A stretch of 64,000 bases of DNA from Fibrobacterales bacterium. Its GTDB lineage: Bacteria > Fibrobacterota > Fibrobacteria > Fibrobacterales > JAOPTW01. The stretch's first letter is position 1; every line of letters begins with the position of its first letter. A model generated the notes under the pieces. It was not told the DNA's origin and searched no databases. It saw nothing but the letters and a program-made list of their open reading frames with translations. Shown here piece after piece: positions 18,521 to 28,377 of the stretch. The position numbers and the translations under genes are program-made. The stretch covers positions 24,736 to 88,735 of the forward strand of contig JAOPTX010000057.1 in the NCBI GenBank assembly GCA_051532055.1, in the 5' to 3' direction.

Positions 18521-18553
18521 TATATTCAAGAGAAAAGCTTAATAGAAAGTGTT

Positions 18554-18585
18554 TGAGCAGATAGAGATATCTGCTCATTTTTTTT
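18554..18585 (+). terminator. Rho-independent terminator
   Basis: TGAGCAGATA/TATCTGCTCA stem followed by T tract. Confidence 0.8.
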
Positions 18586-18627
18586 ACCCTTTGACTTATT
18601 CAAACTAATCTGTAAATGAATATTTCA

Positions 18628-19833
18628 TTACTCTTTAAGCAATCGAACCTTCCCAAAATACACCACGCCAACAATACTCACGGCCACAAGTGTATAGATA
18701 CAAATCTGAATCACGCTAAATCCGTTATCCAAGAACAGACTAAATATTACCGGGCTAATGGCTGTAGAAAATGCCGTGAGCATCGCTACAACACTCCGTA
18801 TGGCGCCGATATTGGCACGGCCGTACTCTTCTACCCATAGAGTTGATTTGAGGTTGCTCCCAAAGCCGAGTGCAATACCACACATTCCGTAGTAGATTGC
18901 AGCAGACACTTGATGGTCGATAAAAATAAGCGCACTCAGTGCAATAATGGTGGGGATCAGCTGAATGAGAAAAGAGTTCTTTGCTCCAAAGCGGTCAATA
19001 ATAAACCCAATGATAAATCCTGATGTGATTCTAAGAATAGGAAAAAGTGAGAAAGCAGCGAGTCGCCAACCATCACTCCAGCCTTTGGCCTCCATTAAGG
19101 ATTGTTGATGAATAAAGAAGCCGGTGAGTAAGAAAGGGGCGGCGAGTGTTACGGGGACTGCACAATAAAAGAACGAATTTTTAAGGACATCACCTCGGGT
19201 CCAGCTGCGCGCATTGGGGGCATTGTCTTTTTGAAGGGCAAGAGGAAGGTTGAAGGTATCACTCTTCTTAAAGAGCATAAGGAGTGCTGGTGCAATAAAT
19301 ATCAGTGCATAGGCAAACCACGAGAGCGTATCACGCCAGCCAATCGTTGCGATGAGGTAAACGCCAACAGCACTAAAGAAGAACTCTCCGAGAGGGTGAC
19401 CGAGGGTTGAGATACTGAGTGCTTTACCAGTGTCTTTTGTAAAAAATCGGGATGTGGCCGTCGCACCAATGTGAGTCATGAGTGACTGACCAAAAAGTCT
19501 GAGCCCCATGAGTCCAAAAAAGAGCGCAATTATATGGGTCCCCTGCGAGAGGGTATAGGTCATTACGCCAAGGCCCAGAAGAGAGATACCGCTAAAGAGT
19601 TTAAGGTTAACTCGATCAATATAAACCCCCGCTTGTGCCATGATAACGGCACTACTTATTGTTGCCAAAAAATAGTAGAAGGTCATTTCAGTTGAGCTAA
19701 TATTAAATGCAATAATAAAAAAAGGAGTAAAAAGACCCAGAAAGAATGACTGGCCATACCCTGATAAAAAGGCATGACTCATTGAAAAGGTAAATTGCTT
19801 TGGGTACGAGGCAAAAAGACGGAATATGTTCAT
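18628..19833 (-). CDS. MFS transporter
   Basis: About 12 TM segments; GYGQSFF, GFIIDRFGAK, YGRANIGAIRS. Confidence 0.9.
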   Translation of the reverse strand: MNIFRLFASYPKQFTFSMSHAFLSGYGQSFFLGLFTPFFIIAFNISSTEMTFYYFLATISSAVIMAQAGVYIDRVNLKLFSGISLLGLGVMTYTLSQGTHIIALFFGLMGLRLFGQSLMTHIGATATSRFFTKDTGKALSISTLGHPLGEFFFSAVGVYLIATIGWRDTLSWFAYALIFIAPALLMLFKKSDTFNLPLALQKDNAPNARSWTRGDVLKNSFFYCAVPVTLAAPFLLTGFFIHQQSLMEAKGWSDGWRLAAFSLFPILRITSGFIIGFIIDRFGAKNSFLIQLIPTIIALSALIFIDHQVSAAIYYGMCGIALGFGSNLKSTLWVEEYGRANIGAIRSVVAMLTAFSTAISPVIFSLFLDNGFSVIQICIYTLVAVSIVGVVYFGKVRLLKE

Positions 19834-19903
19834 GGCGGCAAATGTAGAAAATTACCCAGCCATACCTCTTATGATTGCTTTACTGATAGAGAATAGTAGC
19901 ACT

Positions 19904-21163
19904 CTAATCGACAAAGGTTCTCATGAGGTAAAAAATACCAACCTGTATGTAGTAATCATAGGCGGCAATGAAGGTCTCATTGGTGAGTCTATCGGTGGGG
20001 GTTGATTTAAGGTCTTCACTCTTATGTCCGCGATAGGAAATACCGGTATCAAATTGGATGCCCATTTTTTCTTTAATGAGAAAATGGGTTGCAACTCCAA
20101 TGTGCGCTCCTTTCATGGTAGAGAGTTCAAAAGGAGGTGACTTTTGAGGAGAGTTCCGCTTAAACTCAGAGTCCCAAAAAGTGTAGCGGAGGCCGAAAAC
20201 GAGTTTTGGTGCGATTTCTATGATACCCCAAGGACGGAAGTATTTAGAGAGGTTAATATTAATACCGAGTTCGTAGCGACGAAACGTCCAGTCACTAATA
20301 TCTTGATGCCATGCAGCATTGTTATCGCTATAGCGTATAGAGTAATCACTATAATTTAACGAAAGGGATCCGCCAATAAATTCAGCATATTGAACACCAA
20401 ATTGAATATTGTGAAGGGGGCGGCCAATGATACTTTTTAGAACGGGGGCATCAGCAAGAGGTTTACCTCTATCAAGCCAGTTCCACACATACCAAGGGTC
20501 TCCAGAGTTGTCTGCAGTAGTAATTGCACCACCTTCAGGGGGGCTAAATAATCCTGATGTGTAGCCAATTCCATACAAGAAATAGAGGTCATAGGCAATG
20601 CGCTCGTTGTAAAAGCTATTAGGTGTCTCTTTTGCTATACGTTTTTGTGCATCGGTGAGTTTTGTCTCTTGTTGTGCCATAAAAAGAGTTTGAGCAATTT
20701 CGGTGTAGATATCTCGAGGGTCGATACTTGCAATAGAAATTAGGGCTTTTGGCTCATGATATCCCCCGTGAAAGAGTACTGCCCATGTTGTATTCTCTTC
20801 TTGGTAGAGGTAGATGAGGTAATTGTTTTCATTTTCTCTGAGGATTGTACGAACGCTATCATTTCTTGCACCAAGGTGTTTCGGTGAGATAACAGGGTAA
20901 ATATTTTTAGAAATCCATTCCATATAGGTCATGAATGGGACTGATCGTTCAAAATTACCGGCCCGTCGACACTCAATACGAGATATAAAGGTGTTTTGGC
21001 GAGCCATCTCTCTACAGAGTTCTTTAGCTTTGAGCCCAGTCACTTTTGTTTCCACCGTAAAAATGTCGGCACCTTTATAAAAAGGGTAGGGGTCTTTAAA
21101 TATCACCGTCGCAGATTGAACAGAGGTTATAAGGACTAAAAAAATAAGCAGAAATGTTTTCAT
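19904..21163 (-). CDS. Hypothetical exported protein, probable C-terminal beta-barrel
   Basis: Signal peptide; alternating aromatic/hydrophobic strands in the C-terminal half; ATGA overlap with upstream gene. Confidence 0.65.
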   Translation of the reverse strand: MKTFLLIFLVLITSVQSATVIFKDPYPFYKGADIFTVETKVTGLKAKELCREMARQNTFISRIECRRAGNFERSVPFMTYMEWISKNIYPVISPKHLGARNDSVRTILRENENNYLIYLYQEENTTWAVLFHGGYHEPKALISIASIDPRDIYTEIAQTLFMAQQETKLTDAQKRIAKETPNSFYNERIAYDLYFLYGIGYTSGLFSPPEGGAITTADNSGDPWYVWNWLDRGKPLADAPVLKSIIGRPLHNIQFGVQYAEFIGGSLSLNYSDYSIRYSDNNAAWHQDISDWTFRRYELGININLSKYFRPWGIIEIAPKLVFGLRYTFWDSEFKRNSPQKSPPFELSTMKGAHIGVATHFLIKEKMGIQFDTGISYRGHKSEDLKSTPTDRLTNETFIAAYDYYIQVGIFYLMRTFVD

Positions 21164-21864
21164 TGCTTACCCCCTGTTAAAAGAGGGGTTTGAGAAAAGG
21201 CGCTCGTTAATGCTTTAAAAATAAGTTGATTAATAGCACGCCTGGTGACGGGTGATTGAGAGGGCGCTTGCGCGTCAGCATATCCATAACTTATATAGTG
21301 TTGTCGGTTATTATCCCAGAGGGACCAACTCATTACGATGGAGAGGTGGTCTGCGTTTGAGTTCCCTTCTTTATTCGAGAGGGTATAGTCAAAAAGTTCT
21401 TCACCACTGAGGTCATAGCCAAGAGTACATTCATACACAAAGAATATAAGGTCAGGCGTAGTACTCGAGTCAATAGCAATAGCGGTTCCTTGAGCGGGCC
21501 ATGCCGCTTTAACATAGGTGTTATTGTGAATCTTCATAGATTCGGGGCGGTCTAAGAGTTTGGTAATAGAATCCGGTAGTGTAATGATAGGGTGAGCAAG
21601 AGCAGCAATAGTGCTTTTTTGAATAGTGTTGTTTATGATAGGGGCTAGAGAGTCGTGAAGAAATTTTTCAGGAATATTGAGCTTTCTTGCAATAATCTTA
21701 TAATCTTGAATAATCAAATTGTATTTGAGCGGAACGATACCAATGGTAGTATTCTTCGGTATCGTAGAATATCCTGGATGAGATATTGATGACTGTGATG
21801 CACATGAAGAAACAATGAGTGATAGAGTCAAATATAAAGTGAATGTTATTAATAGAGTACGCAT
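21160..21864 (-). CDS. Hypothetical lipoprotein
   Basis: Lipobox VSSC; co-oriented with pyrE-dcd. Confidence 0.7.
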   Translation of the reverse strand: MRTLLITFTLYLTLSLIVSSCASQSSISHPGYSTIPKNTTIGIVPLKYNLIIQDYKIIARKLNIPEKFLHDSLAPIINNTIQKSTIAALAHPIITLPDSITKLLDRPESMKIHNNTYVKAAWPAQGTAIAIDSSTTPDLIFFVYECTLGYDLSGEELFDYTLSNKEGNSNADHLSIVMSWSLWDNNRQHYISYGYADAQAPSQSPVTRRAINQLIFKALTSAFSQTPLLTGGKQ

Positions 21865-21881
21865 TCTTTAAGTATACGAAA

Positions 21882-22448
21882 TTACTCCTTAAAATCAATG
21901 AAAGAACGTGAAGGTTGTGGAGTTTGCTGAGCAGAATACTTACCTGAATAGAATTCCACCTCTCCCTTGGGTTCAACAAAGTAGACTTGCCCTATACGTA
22001 CATTAGGGTAAACTTTTACAGGATGCACAACACAAATCTCAAGAGTCCAAGTAGGGTAGTGGCAGGTTAATTCACTTCCTGTCTTCTCAAAGCCCCAGCC
22101 GATATCGCCAAAACCAGCTGTAATATGAGTATTTATTCCCAGTCGTCCGATAGAGCTTCGGCCTTCAAACATAGGTATATAGCTGTGGGAGGTTGCTGTT
22201 TCATTGGTCATGCCAATGTAGAGAATATTGGGCTGTAATATAAATCCCTCTTCAGGGATTTTGATCGTTTTGGTTGGATTTTCTTTTTTCATGTCAAGAT
22301 AGTCGCATCCAGAGAGGTCATATATCAATAACGTTTCATTGAGAGTTACATCAATAGAGTTTGGTGATATATGCTTTTCTATGAAAGGGCGAATAGTGAC
22401 ATCACCCTTCTCTTGTGCTTTTTTTATCTCGTCACGAGTCAGAAACAT
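21882..22448 (-). CDS. dcd: dCTP deaminase
   Basis: PNSIDVTL, EGRSSIGRLG, HITAGFGD.G, TLEI, RIGQVYF, Y.GKY. Confidence 0.94.
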   Translation of the reverse strand: MFLTRDEIKKAQEKGDVTIRPFIEKHISPNSIDVTLNETLLIYDLSGCDYLDMKKENPTKTIKIPEEGFILQPNILYIGMTNETATSHSYIPMFEGRSSIGRLGINTHITAGFGDIGWGFEKTGSELTCHYPTWTLEICVVHPVKVYPNVRIGQVYFVEPKGEVEFYSGKYSAQQTPQPSRSFIDFKE

Positions 22449-23129
22449 CTAGGCTCCATATTGTTTACGATATTCGAGAATATTCTCGAGGCTCTCCTCT
22501 TTAATAGTAAACTTTTCACGGTTAGTTGTGTCTGAAATAAATGCAATGATGTCTAAAATAGTTACAATTGAAGCTGTTTTAATGCCAAAATCAGATTCAA
22601 TTTTAGTGAGAGCTGATACACCACCCTCAACTTTTTCCATACGGTCGACTGAAATCAAGAGGCCTACAACAGAGAAATTTTCAATTTCTTTAACAATTTC
22701 GAAGGTCTCACGAATTGAGGTTCCCGCAGTCGTTACATCTTCTACGATAAGAGACTTCGCTGGTTCTGTATATTTATACCCCACAAGGCTACCGCCTTCC
22801 CCGTGATCTTTGGCTTCTTTACGGTTAAAGGTGTACGTAACATCAGTATCATATTCGCTGCTCAGTGCCATTGCAGTGGCAACACTCAGTGGGATACCTT
22901 TGTAGGCAGGGCCAAAGAGGTTATCAAATGACGTTCCAAATGATTCTGTTGCTGCTTTGGCATAATAACGTGCAAGAGTGTTCATTTGTGAGCCGGTTTT
23001 ATATTCACCAGTATTAATGAAAAATGGTGTTTTGCGACCACTCTTCGTAGTAAAATCACCAAATTTAAGAACAGAACACTGTAAAAGAAATTCAATAAAT
23101 TCTTGTTTGTAAGGGGCTAGGGCTGTCAT
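22449..23129 (-). CDS. pyrE: Orotate phosphoribosyltransferase; ORF open from 23222
   Basis: FGDFTTKSGR.PFF, FGPAYKGIP, NRKEAKDHGEGG, VEDVTTAGTS. Confidence 0.96.
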   Translation of the reverse strand: MTALAPYKQEFIEFLLQCSVLKFGDFTTKSGRKTPFFINTGEYKTGSQMNTLARYYAKAATESFGTSFDNLFGPAYKGIPLSVATAMALSSEYDTDVTYTFNRKEAKDHGEGGSLVGYKYTEPAKSLIVEDVTTAGTSIRETFEIVKEIENFSVVGLLISVDRMEKVEGGVSALTKIESDFGIKTASIVTILDIIAFISDTTNREKFTIKEESLENILEYRKQYGA

Positions 23130-23321
23130 TTTACTCTCTATCAAAATTATGCAGATTAAACGTAAAAATTTACCCATGAATTTGTAAGTGGGCCAGAGGA
23201 TTGTTGGGGCATAATTGAGCAAAAAATGACTCGTTTTACGCTGTTTTTATCAAAAACCCTTACAATGCCGGTTCTAAAGTGAATTAATAATTACATTTAT
23301 TAAAACTTTGAAATTGATACT

Positions 23322-24512
23322 ATGAGCACCATAAAAATTCATACTGAAGAGGTGATTAATCACGATTACGAAAGAACCATGGGTGACTTCTTTCTCGATT
23401 TGGTTAAAAAAGTTGTCTCAGATCCCGAGATTCGTCATGATTGGCTCCCTCGTTACGCTCAATACTCAAAATTTATAAGTTCAGCTAAATATAAACCCGT
23501 TGTACCCATTAAAACGGTGGTTAATTTCCCTGATAAAAGTATCCCCCTTTATATGAACAGTCCAGTTATTTTGGCTGCGGGTTCTAACAAATATGGGGAA
23601 AATCTACCTGATTTCTCAAATCTTGGATTTGGTGGTGTTGCTGTGGGAACTGTTACCCGTAGTGAACGTGATGGCAATTTGTTTCGCCCACGTGTAGCAA
23701 TGATCACCGCAGATAGAGCCATAAATAATAGTATGGGTCTCAATAATCCTGGCGTAGATGTTATATCAAAAATTGTTGATCGTGACCTTATTAAAGCTCA
23801 CAAGCGTGGTCTTGCTATTGGAATCTCTATGGCTGAATCTCCAGAGGTTACCAATGAGGAAGAGCAACTTGAACAAATGCTTTATACGTTTAGAAAAGCG
23901 TATAATGTCGCCGATTATATCGAAATTAATGTCTCATGTCCTAATACTGGAGTTCGCAGAACTGATGAAAACACACAGTTTCTTTCTAAAGTATTGAGTG
24001 AGATTATGGAGATTCGTAAAAACCTCCCCATTCGTAAAGCGGTCTATTGTAAACTTTCACCGGACATGAATGAACAACAGTTTATTCAAACACTCAAAGT
24101 AATTCGAGATAACGGTATTAATGGATTGATTCTCTTTAATACTTTTCCGGGTGCAAAATCAAAATTTCTTAATCTGAATACTCCTCAAGAAAAATTTACC
24201 CCCGTTACAGCGTCTGGTGGATTTGGAGGCCTTTCGGGGCGACCACTCTATATAAATACTTATCGAGCAGTAGAGTATATTAAGAAAGAGTATCCAGAAA
24301 TGTCGGTTATCGCTTCAGGTGGTATCGATCATGGAAGAAAAGTATTTGACCTTCTTGAATTAGGAGTTGATGCGGTTCAGTGCTACTCAGTATTGGGCTA
24401 CCGTATGGACCCAATAAGCAAAATTAATCATGAACTCTCTCTTGCACTCAAAGAGAACGGCTACTGCTCTCTCGATGAGTACTACGAAAAGAAGAATAAC
24501 CCAGAATATTAA
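23322..24512 (+). CDS. pyrD: Dihydroorotate dehydrogenase
   Basis: LAAG.NK, INNSMGLNNPG, INVSCPNT, KLSPD, GGLSG, GGI, VQCYS; divergent from pyrE. Confidence 0.88.
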   Translation: MSTIKIHTEEVINHDYERTMGDFFLDLVKKVVSDPEIRHDWLPRYAQYSKFISSAKYKPVVPIKTVVNFPDKSIPLYMNSPVILAAGSNKYGENLPDFSNLGFGGVAVGTVTRSERDGNLFRPRVAMITADRAINNSMGLNNPGVDVISKIVDRDLIKAHKRGLAIGISMAESPEVTNEEEQLEQMLYTFRKAYNVADYIEINVSCPNTGVRRTDENTQFLSKVLSEIMEIRKNLPIRKAVYCKLSPDMNEQQFIQTLKVIRDNGINGLILFNTFPGAKSKFLNLNTPQEKFTPVTASGGFGGLSGRPLYINTYRAVEYIKKEYPEMSVIASGGIDHGRKVFDLLELGVDAVQCYSVLGYRMDPISKINHELSLALKENGYCSLDEYYEKKNNPEY

Positions 24513-24529
24513 CATTGGTGAGTATTTCT

Positions 24530-25297
24530 ATGAGTAAGGCCCTACTATTAATCGTATTTCTTGTTTCATTGAGTTTCTCTAAATCTCTATGGGTTGGAGT
24601 GACTTTTAAAACGTCTCGTCATCTTATTGAAGGTAAGAGAGTCGACGCTCTCAAAGTTGATAAGTTACTTCCGCAGTCTGATGCCATTAATTCGGGTATT
24701 GAGCCGGGTGACTTACTCATCAGAGTAAATGGTACGATTATTAATGGTGTTCGTTCTGTTGCGAAGGCAATCAAAGGAAAAAAAGAGGGGAGCGTACTTA
24801 CGTTCACTCTTATTCGTGAAAACAACGAGTTGACCAAAAAATTAGCTCTGACACCACGACCCGATAATGTCTCTCAGTGGGTCGGGTCACCCATAGGATC
24901 AAAGTCTAAAAAGATTTCGGGCAATTTTTACGCTCATAAGACTCAGAAGCAGAAACAGCCAAAACTGACCCTCCTCGATTTCTGGGCAACCTGGTGTGGG
25001 CCTTGTAGACAGACTTTGCCCATTGTGGCTGAGCTTTACAAAAAGTACGAACCAAAAGGTTTCGAGACTATTGGTATTAGTACGGAGTCTTTAAAAACCT
25101 TGCAGACTTTTCAATCAAAGCATAGTGCCCCTTATCCACTTCTCAATGATGCAAGTGGGCAAGTCAGCGCATTCTACGGAGTGAAAGCACTTCCGACTTT
25201 GGCGTTTATTGACGCTGATGGGTATATTGTAAAAGTGTTTACCGGTGCGCCATCAAAGAGTGTCCTTGAGTCAGTTATAAAAAAATACTTGGACTAA
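24530..25297 (+). CDS. Exported PDZ domain + TlpA-like redoxin; ORF open from 24515
   Basis: Signal peptide; GIEPGDLLIRVNG (PDZ); LDFWATWCGPCR; YGVKALPT. Confidence 0.88.
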   Translation: MSKALLLIVFLVSLSFSKSLWVGVTFKTSRHLIEGKRVDALKVDKLLPQSDAINSGIEPGDLLIRVNGTIINGVRSVAKAIKGKKEGSVLTFTLIRENNELTKKLALTPRPDNVSQWVGSPIGSKSKKISGNFYAHKTQKQKQPKLTLLDFWATWCGPCRQTLPIVAELYKKYEPKGFETIGISTESLKTLQTFQSKHSAPYPLLNDASGQVSAFYGVKALPTLAFIDADGYIVKVFTGAPSKSVLESVIKKYLD

Positions 25298-25300
25298 CTT

Positions 25301-26266
25301 GTGTTTTTACGTGTAATACTATTTACCATACTTACTTACACTTTAAGTACGGGAGCACTGTTGAAAAGCTCACCGAAAGCGCTTTCGGTTCTCTTTACTA
25401 AAAAAGGAAACTCAGTATGGGAGTATCAATCTGAGCCTAAAATATTATTAAAAGGTTTTTATAATGGTGATAGTGCAACTGCTCTTGAGTGGGCAAAACG
25501 CACTTTGTTTAGTGATGAAGAGCTCTGGGGATTATTCGACGCCTTATTGCCCGGTAGTGATATAATTCTAGTAGAACCATCCTTAGATAGTCCTCCAATA
25601 ACAAATACTTTTTCAAAAAGACATGCACTTAAAGAGTGGGCCCTGCGTACACATTTGGGGATTAGTGCGTGGATTATTCTTTCGAAACAGGGGTCGGGGT
25701 ACTATGTAACAGTCCATAGAATTACCCCGTATCTTTCTTCTTTTAAACCTTTAAAATATACTTACAATGGCGGCCTCAATCAATTCACTCAATTTAAGAA
25801 TAGAGGGGATGATTTGTGTGTTCTTAAGAAAGAGGAAAGTTGCTCATTAGTGAGTACTGAGCTCTCAGCACTGCGAGCATCCATCTATTCAAAGGGGAAT
25901 ATATCCTTTACTTTTTCGGAACCTGCAGAAAATCCCTTGATTGGAATACAACAGTATAAAGCCCTATCAAAACTAGAACAAAAAGAATTTAGAGCAATAG
26001 CCCGGACCTACTTACATTATGAGTATAATCTGTTGGTCAAAGCAGCAATTGGAAGTGCCACAACTCTTTTTAATTGGCAATTGTGGGAGTGGCTTGATCA
26101 TTTTAATATTGGCGCGACCAGTGATGATGCACTTCATGCATGGCTTTCAATTGGGGAGAGTAGCAATTCCATAGAGATGTTTAAGTTTGTTGGAACAGAC
26201 TTTGTGGTGATCTTTTTTTGTAATTTAGATGGTGAACGCTCAATCAGTATCGAGAAAATGAAATGA
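25301..26266 (+). CDS. Hypothetical exported protein
   Basis: 321-aa ORF in a tight operon; N-terminal hydrophobic segment. Confidence 0.65.
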   Translation: MFLRVILFTILTYTLSTGALLKSSPKALSVLFTKKGNSVWEYQSEPKILLKGFYNGDSATALEWAKRTLFSDEELWGLFDALLPGSDIILVEPSLDSPPITNTFSKRHALKEWALRTHLGISAWIILSKQGSGYYVTVHRITPYLSSFKPLKYTYNGGLNQFTQFKNRGDDLCVLKKEESCSLVSTELSALRASIYSKGNISFTFSEPAENPLIGIQQYKALSKLEQKEFRAIARTYLHYEYNLLVKAAIGSATTLFNWQLWEWLDHFNIGATSDDALHAWLSIGESSNSIEMFKFVGTDFVVIFFCNLDGERSISIEKMK

Positions 26267-26715
26267 TTTTTTTTATACACCGTCGCAGAATACCCGCATA
26301 TTTAGCTATGATAATTGCTATTGGTCTTTCGACCTTACCCCCTGATTTTGTTGAGATGATTATGCACATGGTTTTTGGGCCCGCAAAAAGCCAATCAAGT
26401 GGATTAATTCCTATTGACAAAGTTATACATATGTCACTGTATACTCTCGTTGGTTTCTCATTTGCTGCTGCAATAAGTTCTTCAAAATGGGCGCGTAATA
26501 AGGTAAGATATGCATTGTATGCTGCAATACTTGCCTCTGTATTTGGGGTATGTGATGAAGGGTACCAGCTCCTTTCGGATAGAGGAAGGCAGTTTGATCT
26601 TTTTGATATAGTGGCTGATATTCTTGGGTCGTTTATTGGGGTGGTATTATTCTATTGGAAAGGAAGTGGCCTGAAAAATAGAATCTCAGAATATCTCGCA
26701 TCAGAATCCGGCTAA
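26263..26715 (+). CDS. VanZ family membrane protein
   Basis: DKVIHMSLY, GVCDEGYQ, GR..DLFDIVADILG. Confidence 0.88.
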   Translation: MIFFIHRRRIPAYLAMIIAIGLSTLPPDFVEMIMHMVFGPAKSQSSGLIPIDKVIHMSLYTLVGFSFAAAISSSKWARNKVRYALYAAILASVFGVCDEGYQLLSDRGRQFDLFDIVADILGSFIGVVLFYWKGSGLKNRISEYLASESG

Positions 26716-26799
26716 TCACCTGAAGAAATTTAAATAATACTTTGGCATTACCCATGAGAGTGTAGTATACTGGTGCTAAGACTTTATTCAAAAAGTACT

Positions 26800-27957
26800 A
26801 TGGCTCAGACAAAATCTCATATATTGGTCGTTGATGATGACTTAATTAATCGTGATGTACTTCGTGATACTCTTGAAGATTGTGATTACAAAATTACTAC
26901 TGCAATAAATGGGACTGAGGCTATCAAGATTGTATCAGAAACAGATATTGATTTGATATTACTTGATGTTATGATGCCTGGATTGAATGGTTTTGATACC
27001 TGTAAAGAAATAAAAAAGGTGTTATCGAATAAAAATATTCCTATCATCTTTTTAACAGCGCGTACCTCTAATGACGATATTATTAATGGCTTTGAATGTG
27101 GTGCTGTTGACTACGTTGCCAAACCAATTAATAATTATGTTCTTCTTTCACGAGTAAAAGCACATCTTGGCTTAAAAATCGACCATGACTCCCTTGAAAA
27201 AATAATTCAAGACCGAACAGCAGCCTTGCATGAAGCAGTATTAAAGGCTGAGGCCGCCGAAGAAGCTAAGAGAGCCTTTACAGCTAATATGTGCCACGAA
27301 CTCAGGACTCCATTAAATGGTATATTAGGAACCCATGAGATTCTTCTCACGGAGGAACTTGATTCGGAAATAATGGAGATGCTTGAATTATCTCGTAAAT
27401 CTACTGTTTCATTAACGGCTATAATAAATGACATTTTACATTTCACGGAAATTGAATCAGAAGGTGTCAAAATAAGAAGTCAAGTTTTTGATTGTACAGA
27501 TATTATTGAAACAGTGAAAGGCATTTTTGAAATTGAGGCAAAAGAGAAAGGCCTTGAACTTCTTATTGCTATAGATGAATCATTTCCAAGTAAAGTTCTT
27601 GGTGATGCTGCACGTATACGTCAACTGATTCTTAATATTCTCGGTAATGCTATTAAATTTACCAGTGAAGGCTCAGTGACCGCAATAATAAAGAGTACAT
27701 TAATAAATAGTATGCAAATAGAATGCACCATTGAAGTTTCCGATACTGGTATTGGAATGTCAGAAAATGAACAAGAAATTTTATTTAAGGAATTTAAGCA
27801 AGGTGATGATTCTTATACCAAAAAGTATGCTGGTATTGGCATTGGTCTTACTAATGTAAAAAAGTTTCTTGATATGGTTGATGGAAGAATCTCTATCGTT
27901 AGTAGTAAAGACGAAGGAAGCACCGTTAGCGTCGCTTTTCCTCTTCTTACTGTTTGA
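26800..27957 (+). CDS. Cytoplasmic hybrid histidine kinase (REC-HisKA-HATPase); ORF open from 26773
   Basis: ILVVDD, LLDVMMPG, DYVAKP; NMCHELRTPLN; NILGNAIKFT; DTGIG; GIGIGL. Confidence 0.93.
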   Translation: MAQTKSHILVVDDDLINRDVLRDTLEDCDYKITTAINGTEAIKIVSETDIDLILLDVMMPGLNGFDTCKEIKKVLSNKNIPIIFLTARTSNDDIINGFECGAVDYVAKPINNYVLLSRVKAHLGLKIDHDSLEKIIQDRTAALHEAVLKAEAAEEAKRAFTANMCHELRTPLNGILGTHEILLTEELDSEIMEMLELSRKSTVSLTAIINDILHFTEIESEGVKIRSQVFDCTDIIETVKGIFEIEAKEKGLELLIAIDESFPSKVLGDAARIRQLILNILGNAIKFTSEGSVTAIIKSTLINSMQIECTIEVSDTGIGMSENEQEILFKEFKQGDDSYTKKYAGIGIGLTNVKKFLDMVDGRISIVSSKDEGSTVSVAFPLLTV

Positions 27958-28232
27958 CTCAAAGAACTCAATATAGCATTTTGATGCCCAATTCTCGTTT
28001 AATATCTTAGACATTCCACATATAGTGTTGCCATAAAAATATAATACAGTATAGTGTATTTTGTTGTAGTAAACAGTAGTGCTACATCAAGTATTAATGT
28101 AAAACCTATAAGACATTGAAATGAAATACTTTAACCAATGTTAACAAATGGTTTACATTTGGTTTAAAAAGTGTTTAAATTAAATAAGATGAAAAAAAGT
28201 AAACGGATTACGTTTCTTGTAGGAAAAAAGTC

Positions 28233-28361
28233 ATGTTTAAAAATGTTATTATCAGTATAATTATTGCAGGTGCAGTTTCATATTTACTCTTTAGTACAGC
28301 TGAAGCTGATGCATCGGAGTCGAGACAAGTAATAATTAATAATATCGTCCAAAGTGATTGA
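28233..28361 (+). CDS. Putative 42-aa signal-peptide/membrane-anchored small protein (not in ORF track)
   Basis: MFKNVIISIIIAGAVSYLLFSTAEADASESRQVIINNIVQSD; AGGA upstream; hydrophobic core plus AEA. Confidence 0.45.
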   Translation: MFKNVIISIIIAGAVSYLLFSTAEADASESRQVIINNIVQSD

Positions 28362-28377
28362 TGTTGAAGAATAGCTG

